From: an uncultured Candidatus Saccharibacteria bacterium
Lineage (GTDB): Bacteria > Patescibacteriota > Minisyncoccia > Phycocordibacterales > DATDWN01
Direction of reading: 5' to 3'
Length of the DNA stretch: 64,000 nt
Assembly: GCA_964469605.1 (NCBI GenBank)
Contig: CAYXZA010000001.1
Span: 6,899-70,898, forward strand
Positions 10,419 through 21,456 of this stretch are shown here, in pieces (the first letter of the stretch is position 1; every line of letters starts with the position of its first letter). The notes beneath the pieces are model-generated. The model did no database searches. It had not been told where the DNA came from and saw only the letters and a program-made list of their open reading frames with translations. Both the position numbers and the translations under genes were made by a program.

Positions 10419-10967
10419 TTATGCTACTACTAAATTATCTATTGATTTATCTAGGGCAACTTCATCTATAACATCACTTTTAACATCATCAACAGTCTCA
10501 TCTTTAGAAACCTTGTCTTCTTTTTTAAACATCATTTTACCATTTAAAAGTGTATTTTCTTTAACTGTTTTTACAATCAAAAATCTAACAATAAAAGGAT
10601 TATTTTCCGCATACTTTTTGATCTCTGAAACATTTAGAGTATCCATCTGAAACTTTATATAACCAAAGTAACCCTTTTGACACTTTACTCTAGAAGAAGT
10701 TGTGACTTTAACCATAGGATATGCCAAATCTATAAGTATAGGATTTTCAAATGATAATACATTTCCAGAATTTGAACTTATTTGTTCTTGTAGATTTGTA
10801 ACCTCTTTTGAAACATCATCGTTTGACAGGCTTGGTAAAAGTATATATGAGATCTCGTATATACCAAAAACAGAGTCAACCTCTTCTGTTACTTTTTTGC
10901 TTTTTACGGCCTTTTTTTCTTTAGTTTTTACATCTTTTTCCATAAGAAACAGACTATCATAAAACAT
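10419..10967 (-). CDS. rpsF: 30S ribosomal protein S6 (possibly with an extended or mis-set N-terminus)
   Basis: The S6-like core YEISYILLPSL...LAYPM...GYFGYIKF is present, and the gene sits directly upstream of ssb-rpsR. The true start may be internal, near 10850. Confidence 0.65.
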   Translation of the reverse strand: MFYDSLFLMEKDVKTKEKKAVKSKKVTEEVDSVFGIYEISYILLPSLSNDDVSKEVTNLQEQISSNSGNVLSFENPILIDLAYPMVKVTTSSRVKCQKGYFGYIKFQMDTLNVSEIKKYAENNPFIVRFLIVKTVKENTLLNGKMMFKKEDKVSKDETVDDVKSDVIDEVALDKSIDNLVVA

Positions 10968-11016
10968 CTTTTATGGCAAGGAACGGGTCTAAACCAAAAT
11001 TGAATAAAATACTGCC

Positions 11017-11817
11017 CTATTTATCTATACTAAACAATCTTTTAGCATTAGAGATCAAAACCTCTTTTAGATAATCTTCTTTTATATTTTTTATTTCTGC
11101 CATTTTTCTTACAACAAAAGGAACATTTAGAGGGCTATTTCTCTTGCCTCTAAAAGGAACAGGGGCAACAAAAGGAGAATCAGTCTCGCAATGTATCATA
11201 TCATCTGGTGTATATTTTATAAGATCATTGTAGTCGCTTGTAAAAGTGATAACACCTGTAAAAGAGACAGAAAATCCAATATCCAAAAAACCTTTCAAAA
11301 TTTCCTTATTACCAGCAAAAAAATGTGCATTGCCAAAAAGCCTATCTCCAAAATCTTTTTTATAAGATCCAAGAACATTTAAAGTATCCTCGTAGGCATC
11401 CATAGATTTTTCAGATGGACGACAATGAAGCATTAGTGCTTTACTGTTTTTAACAGCTAAATCTATATGACTTTCAAATATTTGCTTTTGGATTTTTTTA
11501 GCACTATCAATTTCTGACAACCTAAAATAATCAAAACCACATTCCCCTAATGCTACAACTTTTGGCTCTAAAACTAAACTTTCAAAATCCTTATCAAAAA
11601 CATCACTTTGAAAATGAGCAGGGTGAACACCTATACAAGAAAAAATATTTTCATTTTCCTTTGCCAAAGAAATAGATTTTTCTGAAGTCTCTTTATTTGT
11701 TCCGATGGATATAGTAAAAATACCCTCTTTTTTCATAGATTCTAATATAGAAAATCTATCAGAATCAAATTCATCAAAATAAAGATGTGAATGTATATCA
11801 AAATAATTTATATTCAT
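11017..11817 (-). CDS. tatD: TatD-family metal-dependent hydrolase/DNase
   Basis: N-terminal FDIHSHLYFDEF metal-binding motif. The TIM-barrel histidine and glutamate pattern runs throughout. Confidence 0.8.
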   Translation of the reverse strand: MNINYFDIHSHLYFDEFDSDRFSILESMKKEGIFTISIGTNKETSEKSISLAKENENIFSCIGVHPAHFQSDVFDKDFESLVLEPKVVALGECGFDYFRLSEIDSAKKIQKQIFESHIDLAVKNSKALMLHCRPSEKSMDAYEDTLNVLGSYKKDFGDRLFGNAHFFAGNKEILKGFLDIGFSVSFTGVITFTSDYNDLIKYTPDDMIHCETDSPFVAPVPFRGKRNSPLNVPFVVRKMAEIKNIKEDYLKEVLISNAKRLFSIDK

Positions 11818-11821
11818 AAAA

Positions 11822-13264
11822 CTATTCTTTTCTTAAAAATAGTGGTTTTTCTAGTTTATTTTGTTTTATAGCATCTCTTATCTTCAAACTAGTTTCTGGC
11901 ATTATAGGCTCCAATAAAGTTGATACAAAATAAAGTCTTTTAACTAAAAAATCTATCATCTCTATACCCTTCTCTTTTTCTGTTTTTACAACCTTAAAAG
12001 GTTGATTTTCTTGTATATACAGATCAAGTTCAGAAATTTTCTGCCAAATATAATCAGTGGCTTTATTTATCTCAAAATTATTCAACAAGTTAAAATACTC
12101 TTCAATATTTTCAGAATCAACATCAGAAATGTAAACAGGAGTATCTAAATTTGTCTCAGCCATCTTCATTATACGAGAAACTAGATTTCCCAATCCGTTT
12201 GCCAAATAGCTATTGTAACTTTCTTTAAGCCTTTCCATTGTCATGTCAGAGTCTTCAAAACAAGATAGCTCTTTTACCACAAAAAATCTTAAAACATCAG
12301 CTCCGTATATAGAAACAACATCATAAGGATTTATAACATTACCGAGTGACTTACTCATCTTTTGACCTCCGCTTAAAATAAAACCATTTATAACAATACG
12401 ATTTGAATTTGGAAGACCTGCTGACATAAGCATTGCTTGCCACATTGCTGACTGCTGTCTTAGATTGTCTTTACCAGCATACTGAACAGGAGTGCCATTT
12501 ATCCAATATTTTTCAAAAGTAACAATATCATTTGGCCAACTTAAAGTTGAAATATAGTTTATAAGTGCATCAAACCAAACATACATAACATGATCAGGAT
12601 CATTTGGCACAGGAACACCCCAAGACATTTTTGACCTAAGTCTTGAAATACTAAAATCTTCAAGTCCTCTTTCTACAAATTTTTTTATTTCAGTAAAACG
12701 AAAATCTGGCACAACAAAATCTGGATTTTTTTCATAAAAATCTAGTAGTGGTTTTTGATATTTACTCCACCTAAAAAAATAATTTTCCTCTTCCCTTATT
12801 TCAAGTTCCCTGTTTGGATGTATAGAACATTTACCATCAACCAACTCTGAATCAGTTTTTTCAAGTTCACATCCAATACAATATTTAATCTTGTAATTTT
12901 TTTTGTATATATCTCCATTTTGAAAGCAAAGATTCCAAAAATATTGAGCTGACTTTTGATGTTCTTTGTTTGTAGTTCTTATAAAATGTAAATCACTTGA
13001 AAGATTTAACAGCTCTTTCAATCCTTTAAACCTATCAGCAAAAAAATCAACATAATCTTGAGTCTCCTTACCTGCCTTTAAAGCTTCGTCAAAAATCTTT
13101 TGACCATGCTCATCTGTTCCTGTGTTAAAATACACATCAAAACCTTGAATCTTTTTCGATCTAGCTATTATATCAGCCCTAACTATTTCAGCGGCAAAAC
13201 CAATATGAGGATCCGCATTTACATAAGGAAGAGTTGTTGTTATATAAAAAGTTTTCTTTTGCAT
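11822..13264 (-). CDS. metG: Methionyl-tRNA synthetase (short form)
   Basis: A class I HIGH-like motif (PHIGFA), a zinc knuckle (CIGCELE...CSIHPN) and KMSKSLGN are all present. Confidence 0.9.
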   Translation of the reverse strand: MQKKTFYITTTLPYVNADPHIGFAAEIVRADIIARSKKIQGFDVYFNTGTDEHGQKIFDEALKAGKETQDYVDFFADRFKGLKELLNLSSDLHFIRTTNKEHQKSAQYFWNLCFQNGDIYKKNYKIKYCIGCELEKTDSELVDGKCSIHPNRELEIREEENYFFRWSKYQKPLLDFYEKNPDFVVPDFRFTEIKKFVERGLEDFSISRLRSKMSWGVPVPNDPDHVMYVWFDALINYISTLSWPNDIVTFEKYWINGTPVQYAGKDNLRQQSAMWQAMLMSAGLPNSNRIVINGFILSGGQKMSKSLGNVINPYDVVSIYGADVLRFFVVKELSCFEDSDMTMERLKESYNSYLANGLGNLVSRIMKMAETNLDTPVYISDVDSENIEEYFNLLNNFEINKATDYIWQKISELDLYIQENQPFKVVKTEKEKGIEMIDFLVKRLYFVSTLLEPIMPETSLKIRDAIKQNKLEKPLFLRKE

Positions 13265-13310
13265 ATATAAGAGACTATAACAGAAAAATATGTTTTTGTC
13301 TTTGTATTTT

Positions 13311-14369
13311 TTAAGCTAGATTTTTTTCAATTCTCTCTATTTTATCTTTTTCAACATCATCTAAAAATTCCATAAGTGCAGTGGCAATAGGGACAGAAAG
13401 TATCAAACCTAAAAATCCAAATAACTCATATCCAGCAACTAGGGCAACTATTGAAACAATTGGCGAAACTCCTATAACTTTTTTTACAACAAGTGGATAT
13501 ATCAGATGATTTTCAAATTGATGAATAATAACATAAAGTCCAACAACAAGTATTGCAGTAGAAATACCACCGGAAACGAATGATAGTGTTATGGCCGGTA
13601 TAGAGGCAAGTATTGGACCAAAAAGAGGAATAATCTCAAAAACAGCGGCCAAAAAAGATAGAAGTAGTGCATTTTTAACATCCAAAAGAGTTAATCCTAA
13701 AAATACCAACATTCCTATAATAATAGCTAAAACTAACTGACCCTGCATCCACAAACCTATCTTATATTGAGCTCTTTGCCAAAGGTTTAATATATATTTT
13801 TCGTGTTTTAACGGAGTTACAAGTTTTAAAAATTTAGCAACTCCATTTTCATCAACGGAAAGATAAAAAGATAAAACTATCATAAGTATAAAACTTAAAA
13901 ATCCACCAAAAACTGAGACTATGGTATTAAATGCACCTATATTTAAACTATCTATAAAAGCATTTATAGTATTACCTATTTGTTGTATGTTTATTGAATT
14001 TTTTAAACTATAAACTATTGGCTGATTTGAAACAGACGAATCAAGTCCACTATCAAAACCAGAAAAATAACTTGGCAAATTTTTAATAACCTCAGATGAT
14101 TCTGAAAGCAGAGGAAGTAGAAGATAAAAAACACTAATACCTAAGATAATAGCAATGGTAAGATATATAACTATAACACCTAAAAGTCGAGGTATTTTCC
14201 TTCTAGAAAACCATTTTGTCAAAGGTTCAACAGCCGAAGCGATAACAATAGACATCAACACCACCAGCATTAAATCTTTTAAGATATAGAGAATATAAAA
14301 ACCGATCAATACCAAACAAAATTTTATCATTGTTGAAATACCAATAGATAACTGTTCTTTATGTTCCAT
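13311..14369 (-). CDS. AI-2E family (UPF0118/PerM-like) membrane permease
   Basis: Multipass membrane protein of about 350 aa whose topology and length match the AI-2E family. A paralog is at 42942-44006. Confidence 0.6.
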   Translation of the reverse strand: MEHKEQLSIGISTMIKFCLVLIGFYILYILKDLMLVVLMSIVIASAVEPLTKWFSRRKIPRLLGVIVIYLTIAIILGISVFYLLLPLLSESSEVIKNLPSYFSGFDSGLDSSVSNQPIVYSLKNSINIQQIGNTINAFIDSLNIGAFNTIVSVFGGFLSFILMIVLSFYLSVDENGVAKFLKLVTPLKHEKYILNLWQRAQYKIGLWMQGQLVLAIIIGMLVFLGLTLLDVKNALLLSFLAAVFEIIPLFGPILASIPAITLSFVSGGISTAILVVGLYVIIHQFENHLIYPLVVKKVIGVSPIVSIVALVAGYELFGFLGLILSVPIATALMEFLDDVEKDKIERIEKNLA

Positions 14370-14441
14370 ATAAATAAATATTTACTAAAATAATATATAA
14401 TTATACTACCATATACAACCAATAAAGTTTACAATTTATAT

Positions 14442-15689
14442 ATGACAATAGAAAAAGAAATTGAAAATATCCAAATACCACTTGAAATGTATGCAGTGCC
14501 TAGATCAGAAAAACACACATCAGATCTATATGAAATGTATAAAAAATCAGAACAAAGAGAGCTTGATAAAATAAAACAAGCAGTAAAAAGAAAATCAATT
14601 TTAAAAAAAATTAATGAAAAAGTTCAGTATACCTTTGAATTAATGACATTTAGATTAGATAGATTTGGAACTAAATCTAAGATGTTTTTAAAAGAAGAAT
14701 TGATTAGATCCCTATCTCAAAAACAAAAATTTAAACTTGCAAAAATTTTTTTCAAATCCAAAGATATTGAAAATCAAAAAACAGCAATATTTATATTATA
14801 TTTATTATCAAAAGAAGAACAAAAAGTTGAATGTATAAAAATTGGTCTTGAAAAAGGTGGTGATATTATTAAACAACACTGTGCTTTAAAAATTAGATTT
14901 TTAAATGATGAGAAATACAAAAAGGAGCTTTACTTTATATTAAAAGAATTGATCTTAAAAGCTCTAAGTAGTGGTTACGAACAACTTTCATATATAAGGT
15001 TAATTGAGTATTTACCAGAAGAACAAATGGTTGAGTGTATAAAAATCGGTCTTCAAAGTAAAGATGAGTTGGTTGTAAAAAAATGTTCAGAAATAGTTAT
15101 ATTTACTATGTCTAAAGAAAAAAGAGATATACTTTTTCCACTAATACCAGATAAATATGATATGAAAATAATAGAACCACCTTTATATACTAAAATTAGG
15201 AGAGACTTGAAAGGTAATTATCTACTATCCAAAGCAAAATTCGAAAAAGACGGTTCTGAAACAACACTACTTGGTGGTGGTCTTGAAGGTAAAGTAATAG
15301 TAAGACATATAAATCCAGAATCATTTTTAGCTTGGAGAAAAGCTTTTGAAGATTATGATATGTGGAGACAAGAAGGTTTTGATTATGTTCCAGTTGAACC
15401 AATTGTTAAGTTTAGATTAAACAATGACGGACTAGTTGATGTTTATTCCGGAGTTTTAGATCACAATTTAGCAGATTTCACAACAAAAAATGGTCCATTT
15501 TTTAATGAATTAACTGAAGAAGCAGATAAAATTAAGGAAATCTTATTAAAAAACAAAATTATTCACGGCCATAGTCATAATTGGAATTTTTGCTTAAGAT
15601 TTTTTGATGATGAAAATGGTAATATAGATTTTTCAAAAAAACCTAGAATTTACATTATAGATTTTGATCAAGCATATATTCAGAAGTAA
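14442..15689 (+). CDS. Hypothetical protein with internal helical repeats and a C-terminal APH/choline-kinase-like phosphotransferase motif
   Basis: The segment EQ.VECIKIGL occurs twice. The C-terminus has HGHSHNWNF plus IIDFDQAYI, which resemble the HGDxHxxN and IDxExx motifs of APH/ChoK-fold kinases. Confidence 0.4.
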   Translation: MTIEKEIENIQIPLEMYAVPRSEKHTSDLYEMYKKSEQRELDKIKQAVKRKSILKKINEKVQYTFELMTFRLDRFGTKSKMFLKEELIRSLSQKQKFKLAKIFFKSKDIENQKTAIFILYLLSKEEQKVECIKIGLEKGGDIIKQHCALKIRFLNDEKYKKELYFILKELILKALSSGYEQLSYIRLIEYLPEEQMVECIKIGLQSKDELVVKKCSEIVIFTMSKEKRDILFPLIPDKYDMKIIEPPLYTKIRRDLKGNYLLSKAKFEKDGSETTLLGGGLEGKVIVRHINPESFLAWRKAFEDYDMWRQEGFDYVPVEPIVKFRLNNDGLVDVYSGVLDHNLADFTTKNGPFFNELTEEADKIKEILLKNKIIHGHSHNWNFCLRFFDDENGNIDFSKKPRIYIIDFDQAYIQK

Positions 15690-15696
15690 ATTGAGG

Positions 15697-16965
15697 TTAT
15701 ATTTTCAGCAATTTGTAAATCTCTTTATCATCAAGACCATCGCCTATCAGAGCAACTGCTAAATTTTCTGTCTTAAATATTTGTTTAGCCAACCTTAAAA
15801 CATCAGAAGGTGTAACTTTTCTAATATTGGAAATAAAACTTTCAGGAGTTTCCAACTCTTGATCTAAAATCCTTTGCATACCAAAATATTCAGCCACATT
15901 GTCGGAAGATTCAAGAGAAAGTAAAGTGTTGCCTATTAGATATTCCTTTGCTTTTAAAATTTCTTTTTCAGAAATTTTTTCATCTTTTATTTTTTTCAAC
16001 TCATCAATAATAGCTTTTATAACATCAAAAACTCTTTTGTTATCAGCACCTATGGAAATACTGAAATTTCCATGATCACTAAACTCTTCTATGTTTGTCC
16101 TTATATAATATCCAATACCCATTTGGTCACGAAGTCTGTAAAACAGTCTTGAACTTAGACCACCAGAAAGAATTGCATCTAAAACCTTTAAAACATAACC
16201 CCTCTTGTCAGATGCTTTAAATGTTCTGATCCCAAAAACCAAATGAGTTTGATCTGTTTTTTTATTTTTTATTAAAATATTTGGTTTAGTTTTGTTTTCA
16301 ATAACTTTTTCTTTACCTTCTTTTTTAGAAACAGAAATATTATTAAATATTTTATTTATTTTTGGAGCTATCTTCTTAACATTAAAATTACCAGCTACTA
16401 TGACTTTTGTTGCCGATGCTACATAGTGTTTATTTATATAATCCACAAAATCTTCCCTTTTTGTTTTTAAAATATTTTCTTTTGGGCCAAGTATTGTAAA
16501 ACCAGCTGGACTATCACCGTAAAGTGCCTGAGAGAAAACATCTTGAACTTGTCTGTGAGGCATATCCTCATACATATTTATTTCTTCAACAATCACACCT
16601 TTTTCCTTTTCAATTTCATTTTTATCAAAAATAGGGTTTAAATACATATCGGAGACAACATCCAGTATTGTATTTATATGTTTTTTAGATGACTTAGCAT
16701 AATAACCAGTGAATTCTTGTGAAGTAAAAGCATTGTATTGAGAGCCAATAGAATCAAGCTCCTCTGATATAAGTTTTGGGGAAGGTCTCTTGGAAGTCCC
16801 TTTAAAACACATATGTTCTAGAAAATGAGAAATGCCATTATTTGACTTATTTTCATATTTAGAGCCAGTTTTAACCAATATAAGAACAGTGACGGCCATA
16901 GAATCCTTCATTGGTGCAAAAATGACCTCTAAGCCGTTTTTTAGTTTTTTAGTTGAAACTTTCAT
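15697..16965 (-). CDS. M16-family (pitrilysin/insulinase-like) zinc peptidase
   Basis: Inverted zincin motif HFLEHMCFKG (HxxEH). Confidence 0.8.
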   Translation of the reverse strand: MKVSTKKLKNGLEVIFAPMKDSMAVTVLILVKTGSKYENKSNNGISHFLEHMCFKGTSKRPSPKLISEELDSIGSQYNAFTSQEFTGYYAKSSKKHINTILDVVSDMYLNPIFDKNEIEKEKGVIVEEINMYEDMPHRQVQDVFSQALYGDSPAGFTILGPKENILKTKREDFVDYINKHYVASATKVIVAGNFNVKKIAPKINKIFNNISVSKKEGKEKVIENKTKPNILIKNKKTDQTHLVFGIRTFKASDKRGYVLKVLDAILSGGLSSRLFYRLRDQMGIGYYIRTNIEEFSDHGNFSISIGADNKRVFDVIKAIIDELKKIKDEKISEKEILKAKEYLIGNTLLSLESSDNVAEYFGMQRILDQELETPESFISNIRKVTPSDVLRLAKQIFKTENLAVALIGDGLDDKEIYKLLKI

Positions 16966-17058
16966 AGTTTTGCAAAGCGACTATATCACAGCTTTGAAAA
17001 AGTTTGAATATTTACTGGATTATACCATATTTTTATAAAAAAGTAAAATACCACCTAT

Positions 17059-17556
17059 TTAGGTGGCCCTAGTATTACTACCAAATGCGAATCTATAATT
17101 AGAATGCCAATATTCAGTAACAGATTCATTTAATTTATCACCTATTACTAAACAAACTTCATCTTTACCATCTTCATCTTTTCTTCTAACAAGAGAAATA
17201 TCATAACCATCATTAGTATATATTCTAAAATCTTCAAAAGATAAAGCTGTTGTATTCCTAAAATACAAGACAGAGGCAATGTAGATTAAAACTTCATATA
17301 AATTAAACTTCCTAGATGTTTTTTGCTCATTATGCGAATTTTTAATGGAAATATACGGAAAATTTAAATGAGCATTAGGTGAACTAGAAATTTTTTCCAT
17401 ATCCATAATTAAGTTAAATGTAAAACCTTTTCCTACAAGAAATCTAATTAAAGGATAAATAAAAAATCCATATACTAAGATTTTATCCTCTTGAAAATCA
17501 CAATCTATTTTAATATCAACACCTAATTCTTTGTAAAAATTTCTCCAAGTGAGCAT
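17059..17556 (-). CDS. Hypothetical protein
   Basis: ORF only; no recognisable motif. Confidence 0.3.
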   Translation of the reverse strand: MLTWRNFYKELGVDIKIDCDFQEDKILVYGFFIYPLIRFLVGKGFTFNLIMDMEKISSSPNAHLNFPYISIKNSHNEQKTSRKFNLYEVLIYIASVLYFRNTTALSFEDFRIYTNDGYDISLVRRKDEDGKDEVCLVIGDKLNESVTEYWHSNYRFAFGSNTRAT

Positions 17557-17604
17557 TCCGTAACTATTTTTACATAAAAGATAGTTACGGGAAATATAGA
17601 CAAA

Positions 17605-18936
17605 CTATATTAAAGAATTTCTAATTATTTCCTTAACTTCATCAACAGTTTTCCTCTCTTGAACCCCAGTATCTCTGTATCTTAAGGTCACAGTTTTATC
17701 TTTTTCAATGGTGTCGAAATCCACAGTAACACAAAAAGGTGTTCCTACCTCATCTTGTCTCCTGTATCTCTTACCAATATTTCCATTGTCATCAAACTCA
17801 ACTGTTCCAAAATCTTTTTTAAGTTCTCTGTATATTTCTCTTGCACTAGAAACTAAATTCTCTTTATTTTTTAAAAGAGGAAAAACTGCACACTTAACAG
17901 GAGCAATTTTTGGAGACAGTTTCAGTACAGTGCGAATCTCCCCTTCATTATCTTCTTCAAAATAAGCATTTGAAAGAACAGCTAAAACAAGTCTTTCTAA
18001 ACCAAAAGTTGGTTCTATACAATGAGGTATAAACCTATCTTTTGTAGGTTCATCAAAATACGACAAATCAACACCAGAGAAACTGCTGTGATTTTTTAGA
18101 TCAAAATCTGTTCTATAAGCAAGCCCTAGCAATTCTTTTTGTCCAAAAGGAAAATCAAACTCTATATCAACACTTCGTTTTGAATAGTGGGCTCTGTCAG
18201 ATTCAGAAACTTCTATTTTATGAATTTTAGAATCATCAAGACCAATTGTTTTTAAAAATTTAAACTGCTCTAAAAGGAGTTTTTCAAAAACACCCATCAC
18301 CTCTTTTTCATCTCTAGGATCAACAAAATACTCTATCTCCATTTGTTTAAATTCACGAAGTCTAAAAATAAAATCTCTTGGAGCTATCTCGTTTCTAAAA
18401 GCCTTACCTATCTGGGCTAAACCAAAAGGAAGTTTTGGATGCATTGAATCTAAAATATTTTTAAAATTAAGAAACATACCCCCAGCAGTTTCAGGTCTAA
18501 GATATGTTATAGAAGATTCATCCTCTGTGGCCCCAACATAAGTCCTAAACATCATATTAAATTGTTTTGAAGAACCCAAGTTTCCTCCACAGTCAGGACA
18601 AACATTCAGATCTTTTAAATGATCAGTTCTAAATCTATGTTTGCATTTTTGACATTCAGATAAAGGATCATTAAACCCGGATATATGACCAGATGCTTCC
18701 CAAGCTTTTGGATTCATTATTATTGAAGCATCAACACCATATACATCTTCCCTATCTGTCACAAACATTTTCCACCAAATATTTTTTATATTATGAGCTA
18801 GTTCAACTCCATAAGGTCCATAATCATAAGTTCCAGCCATACCACCATATATTTCAGAGCCTTGAAATATAAAACCTCTTCTCTTACAGAGAGATACTAT
18901 TTTTTCCATTAGATTATTTTCGTTCATACAAAACAC
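17605..18936 (-). CDS. glyQS: Glycyl-tRNA synthetase (alpha2 type)
   Basis: N-terminal RRGFIFQGSEIYGGMAGTYDYGPYG is characteristic of alpha2 GlyRS. A class II core and a C-terminal anticodon-binding domain follow. Confidence 0.85.
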   Translation of the reverse strand: MFCMNENNLMEKIVSLCKRRGFIFQGSEIYGGMAGTYDYGPYGVELAHNIKNIWWKMFVTDREDVYGVDASIIMNPKAWEASGHISGFNDPLSECQKCKHRFRTDHLKDLNVCPDCGGNLGSSKQFNMMFRTYVGATEDESSITYLRPETAGGMFLNFKNILDSMHPKLPFGLAQIGKAFRNEIAPRDFIFRLREFKQMEIEYFVDPRDEKEVMGVFEKLLLEQFKFLKTIGLDDSKIHKIEVSESDRAHYSKRSVDIEFDFPFGQKELLGLAYRTDFDLKNHSSFSGVDLSYFDEPTKDRFIPHCIEPTFGLERLVLAVLSNAYFEEDNEGEIRTVLKLSPKIAPVKCAVFPLLKNKENLVSSAREIYRELKKDFGTVEFDDNGNIGKRYRRQDEVGTPFCVTVDFDTIEKDKTVTLRYRDTGVQERKTVDEVKEIIRNSLI

Positions 18937-18972
18937 TATATCAAAAAGATGAAAAATTTACTAGAAGTAAAA

Positions 18973-20850
18973 CTACTTTACTAAACCAGGAGAACCAGAA
19001 ACACTTGTATTAAAATTTGAAAGATTTATTTTTATAGGAAGATTAGTAAATGAATCAGTTCCACTAAAAATAACTTTTGATGTCAGCTCTGGTATAGTTC
19101 CAATCTGATTTAAACTTGGAGTTATTTTAATCTGAAAACCACCTTTTTTAGAAGAACTATTAAACCCAGCACTATTTGAAATACTTCCAATATTCCACAA
19201 AACCTCTCTACTCTCTTCGTTGTATACAATATTTTCAGAAGATGGATATGTCTTTCCAACAAAAGTTACATATTGAGGTAAGACAATAGATATTGTTGCA
19301 TTATTTATATCATTATAAGTATTTGATATATTGAAATCTAGATTATATGAAGTTGTTTTTTCAGATACAGGAGGATTTGGGCCGGTCGTAGATAGTGGTG
19401 ACCCATACAAAGTTTTCAATACAAATGTCGGTTCGGTTTTTATCCTTATGCTTTTACTCATAGAAGATGTTATTTCTTCTGAATCAGAATCTTGAGAAGT
19501 TCTAAGTCCATTTACTTTGAGACTGAAATCTATTTTTGGATTTTCTGAAGAGACTGGTATGTCCACTATGTCAAACTGAAAAGACAGTGAATTTGTTGAA
19601 AGTGGTCCAAAAGAAGAAAGTGAATTTGTTGTGTTTCTATTCCAAGTTATTGTATTTGAAATAGAATCATAAAATCCTCCTTGACCAACTCTGATACTTT
19701 TTTTGTCTATAAGTGGAGAATTTATATTAACAAAAACTTCATTATCATAAACACTTTCATTTAAAGTATTTGATATATCAAAATTAACCGATACAGAAGA
19801 TTTATTGTCAGATATAGCAAAAGATGGATTATCTATAACACCTCCCATATAACTAACAATATTAAAAAATGGTTTTTTTATAGTTACAGAAGACAAGCCA
19901 TCTGCAATAACAGATATATCATCTTCTTTTTTATCTTTTGAGCCAACTGCAAATCTAAATGTCCTCTCTTCATTGTTTTGAGCAATGAGCTTGCCTGTTA
20001 TATTTAAAGTCTTTTTATCTCCATTTTTCAAATCACCAATAAACCACTCATTATTTGAACTAGAATTTTTTAAACTAGAATCGGCAAACTCAAAACCATA
20101 TGGATATTCAGCAGTGATATATATATTTTTCAAAACAGTTTGTGAATTTGAAGTTATATCAACTTTAAAATTTAGATTTTGGCCAGAATTTATTTCTTTT
20201 GAAGAAGATATATTTAATATAACCGGTGATGAGTCGAGTTTTAGATCATATTTCTTTTCTTTTACAAAGACAGCATTTGACCCGACAATTCTATATTGAA
20301 TTTTGAAAGATATAACCTTGTTAACATCTTTATTTCCTAAAATCGCAAAATTTATATCCCTATTTATATTTTGACCTTTTGCTATTTTACCTATATCAAA
20401 AGACAGATCTTTGATGGGTTTTTGATCCGGCATCATAACAGAACCATCAGGTAAAACAACAGAAAGAACAGAAGACTCAATATCACTTTTATTCTTATTA
20501 AAAACAGAAACTGAAAGCAAGACATCGGAACCAGAAGAAACAGATGTCGGCCCAGAGACCAATATCTCTAAATTATTTGATGACACAAATTGATTTTTAA
20601 AGAAAAATATATACAGAGAGAAAACGACAGAAAGCAAGAAAAAAGCTACTGCAAATATTGTAAATTTTTTTAAAAAACCTGTGTTATTTTCATCGTAATC
20701 TTTTATGTTAAGTTTTTCATCTTTTGCCCATCCAGAATAATCATCATCTCTTTTTGATAAATTTGAAAGTTCTGACCTGTCATCAGAGACTGAAAAGTAT
20801 TTTCTCGAATATAGTCTTTTTTTTAGTTTTTCAATACGATCAAAATCCAT
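18973..20850 (-). CDS. Hypothetical membrane-anchored surface protein (beta-rich)
   Basis: Has one N-terminal transmembrane segment (FTIFAVAFFLLSVVFSLYIFFF), then about 540 aa of S/N/T-rich extracellular-type sequence. Confidence 0.4.
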   Translation of the reverse strand: MDFDRIEKLKKRLYSRKYFSVSDDRSELSNLSKRDDDYSGWAKDEKLNIKDYDENNTGFLKKFTIFAVAFFLLSVVFSLYIFFFKNQFVSSNNLEILVSGPTSVSSGSDVLLSVSVFNKNKSDIESSVLSVVLPDGSVMMPDQKPIKDLSFDIGKIAKGQNINRDINFAILGNKDVNKVISFKIQYRIVGSNAVFVKEKKYDLKLDSSPVILNISSSKEINSGQNLNFKVDITSNSQTVLKNIYITAEYPYGFEFADSSLKNSSSNNEWFIGDLKNGDKKTLNITGKLIAQNNEERTFRFAVGSKDKKEDDISVIADGLSSVTIKKPFFNIVSYMGGVIDNPSFAISDNKSSVSVNFDISNTLNESVYDNEVFVNINSPLIDKKSIRVGQGGFYDSISNTITWNRNTTNSLSSFGPLSTNSLSFQFDIVDIPVSSENPKIDFSLKVNGLRTSQDSDSEEITSSMSKSIRIKTEPTFVLKTLYGSPLSTTGPNPPVSEKTTSYNLDFNISNTYNDINNATISIVLPQYVTFVGKTYPSSENIVYNEESREVLWNIGSISNSAGFNSSSKKGGFQIKITPSLNQIGTIPELTSKVIFSGTDSFTNLPIKINLSNFNTSVSGSPGLVK

Positions 20851-20884
20851 AAGAATAAATTTTTAATTTAAATCTATTATAACA

Positions 20885-21454
20885 TTAAAGATTGCTTAAT
20901 GATAAAGCATTATTCACCATTTTAACAATTGTATTTATTTCAGTTTTAGCTTGATCCAAAATATCAAAATTTGGCACCAAAAACCTACTATCAAATGAAG
21001 ATAAATCAACATATCCTAGATGAAATAAAACTGAAAGCAAAATAATAGCCTCAACAACCAAAACATCTTTATCATCTACTTTATTTAACATCAACAATCC
21101 TTCTCTAACAGATTTATATATTTGTTCATTTTTCTCTTCTGAAAGAATAAATTTTTCTAAAATTTTACAAATATTAAACAATGCTTTTTTTTTGATTTTA
21201 GATGAGTTATCAAATAAATTTTCAATAAAAGATGCCGAGGTTATTTTAAATCCTCTTCTGCTTTTTATAAAAGAGATTGATGATAAAAAATACTGTTGAA
21301 GTGAAAATTTTAATTTTGAGTTTACTTTTCTAACACCAACAGCTTTTGCATAAACAATACCAAAATCAGAAGTTAAGATAACATAAACAGCATCGTTTTC
21401 CAGAGGAACCCTTCTTAAAATTATACCTTCGGTAGTATGTATATGATAAGACAT
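20885..21454 (-). CDS. recO: DNA repair protein RecO (short form)
   Basis: N-terminal OB-fold pattern EGIILRRVPLENDAVYVILTSDFGIVYAKAVGVRK as in RecO. Confidence 0.6.
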   Translation of the reverse strand: MSYHIHTTEGIILRRVPLENDAVYVILTSDFGIVYAKAVGVRKVNSKLKFSLQQYFLSSISFIKSRRGFKITSASFIENLFDNSSKIKKKALFNICKILEKFILSEEKNEQIYKSVREGLLMLNKVDDKDVLVVEAIILLSVLFHLGYVDLSSFDSRFLVPNFDILDQAKTEINTIVKMVNNALSLSNL

Positions 21455-21456
21455 AT

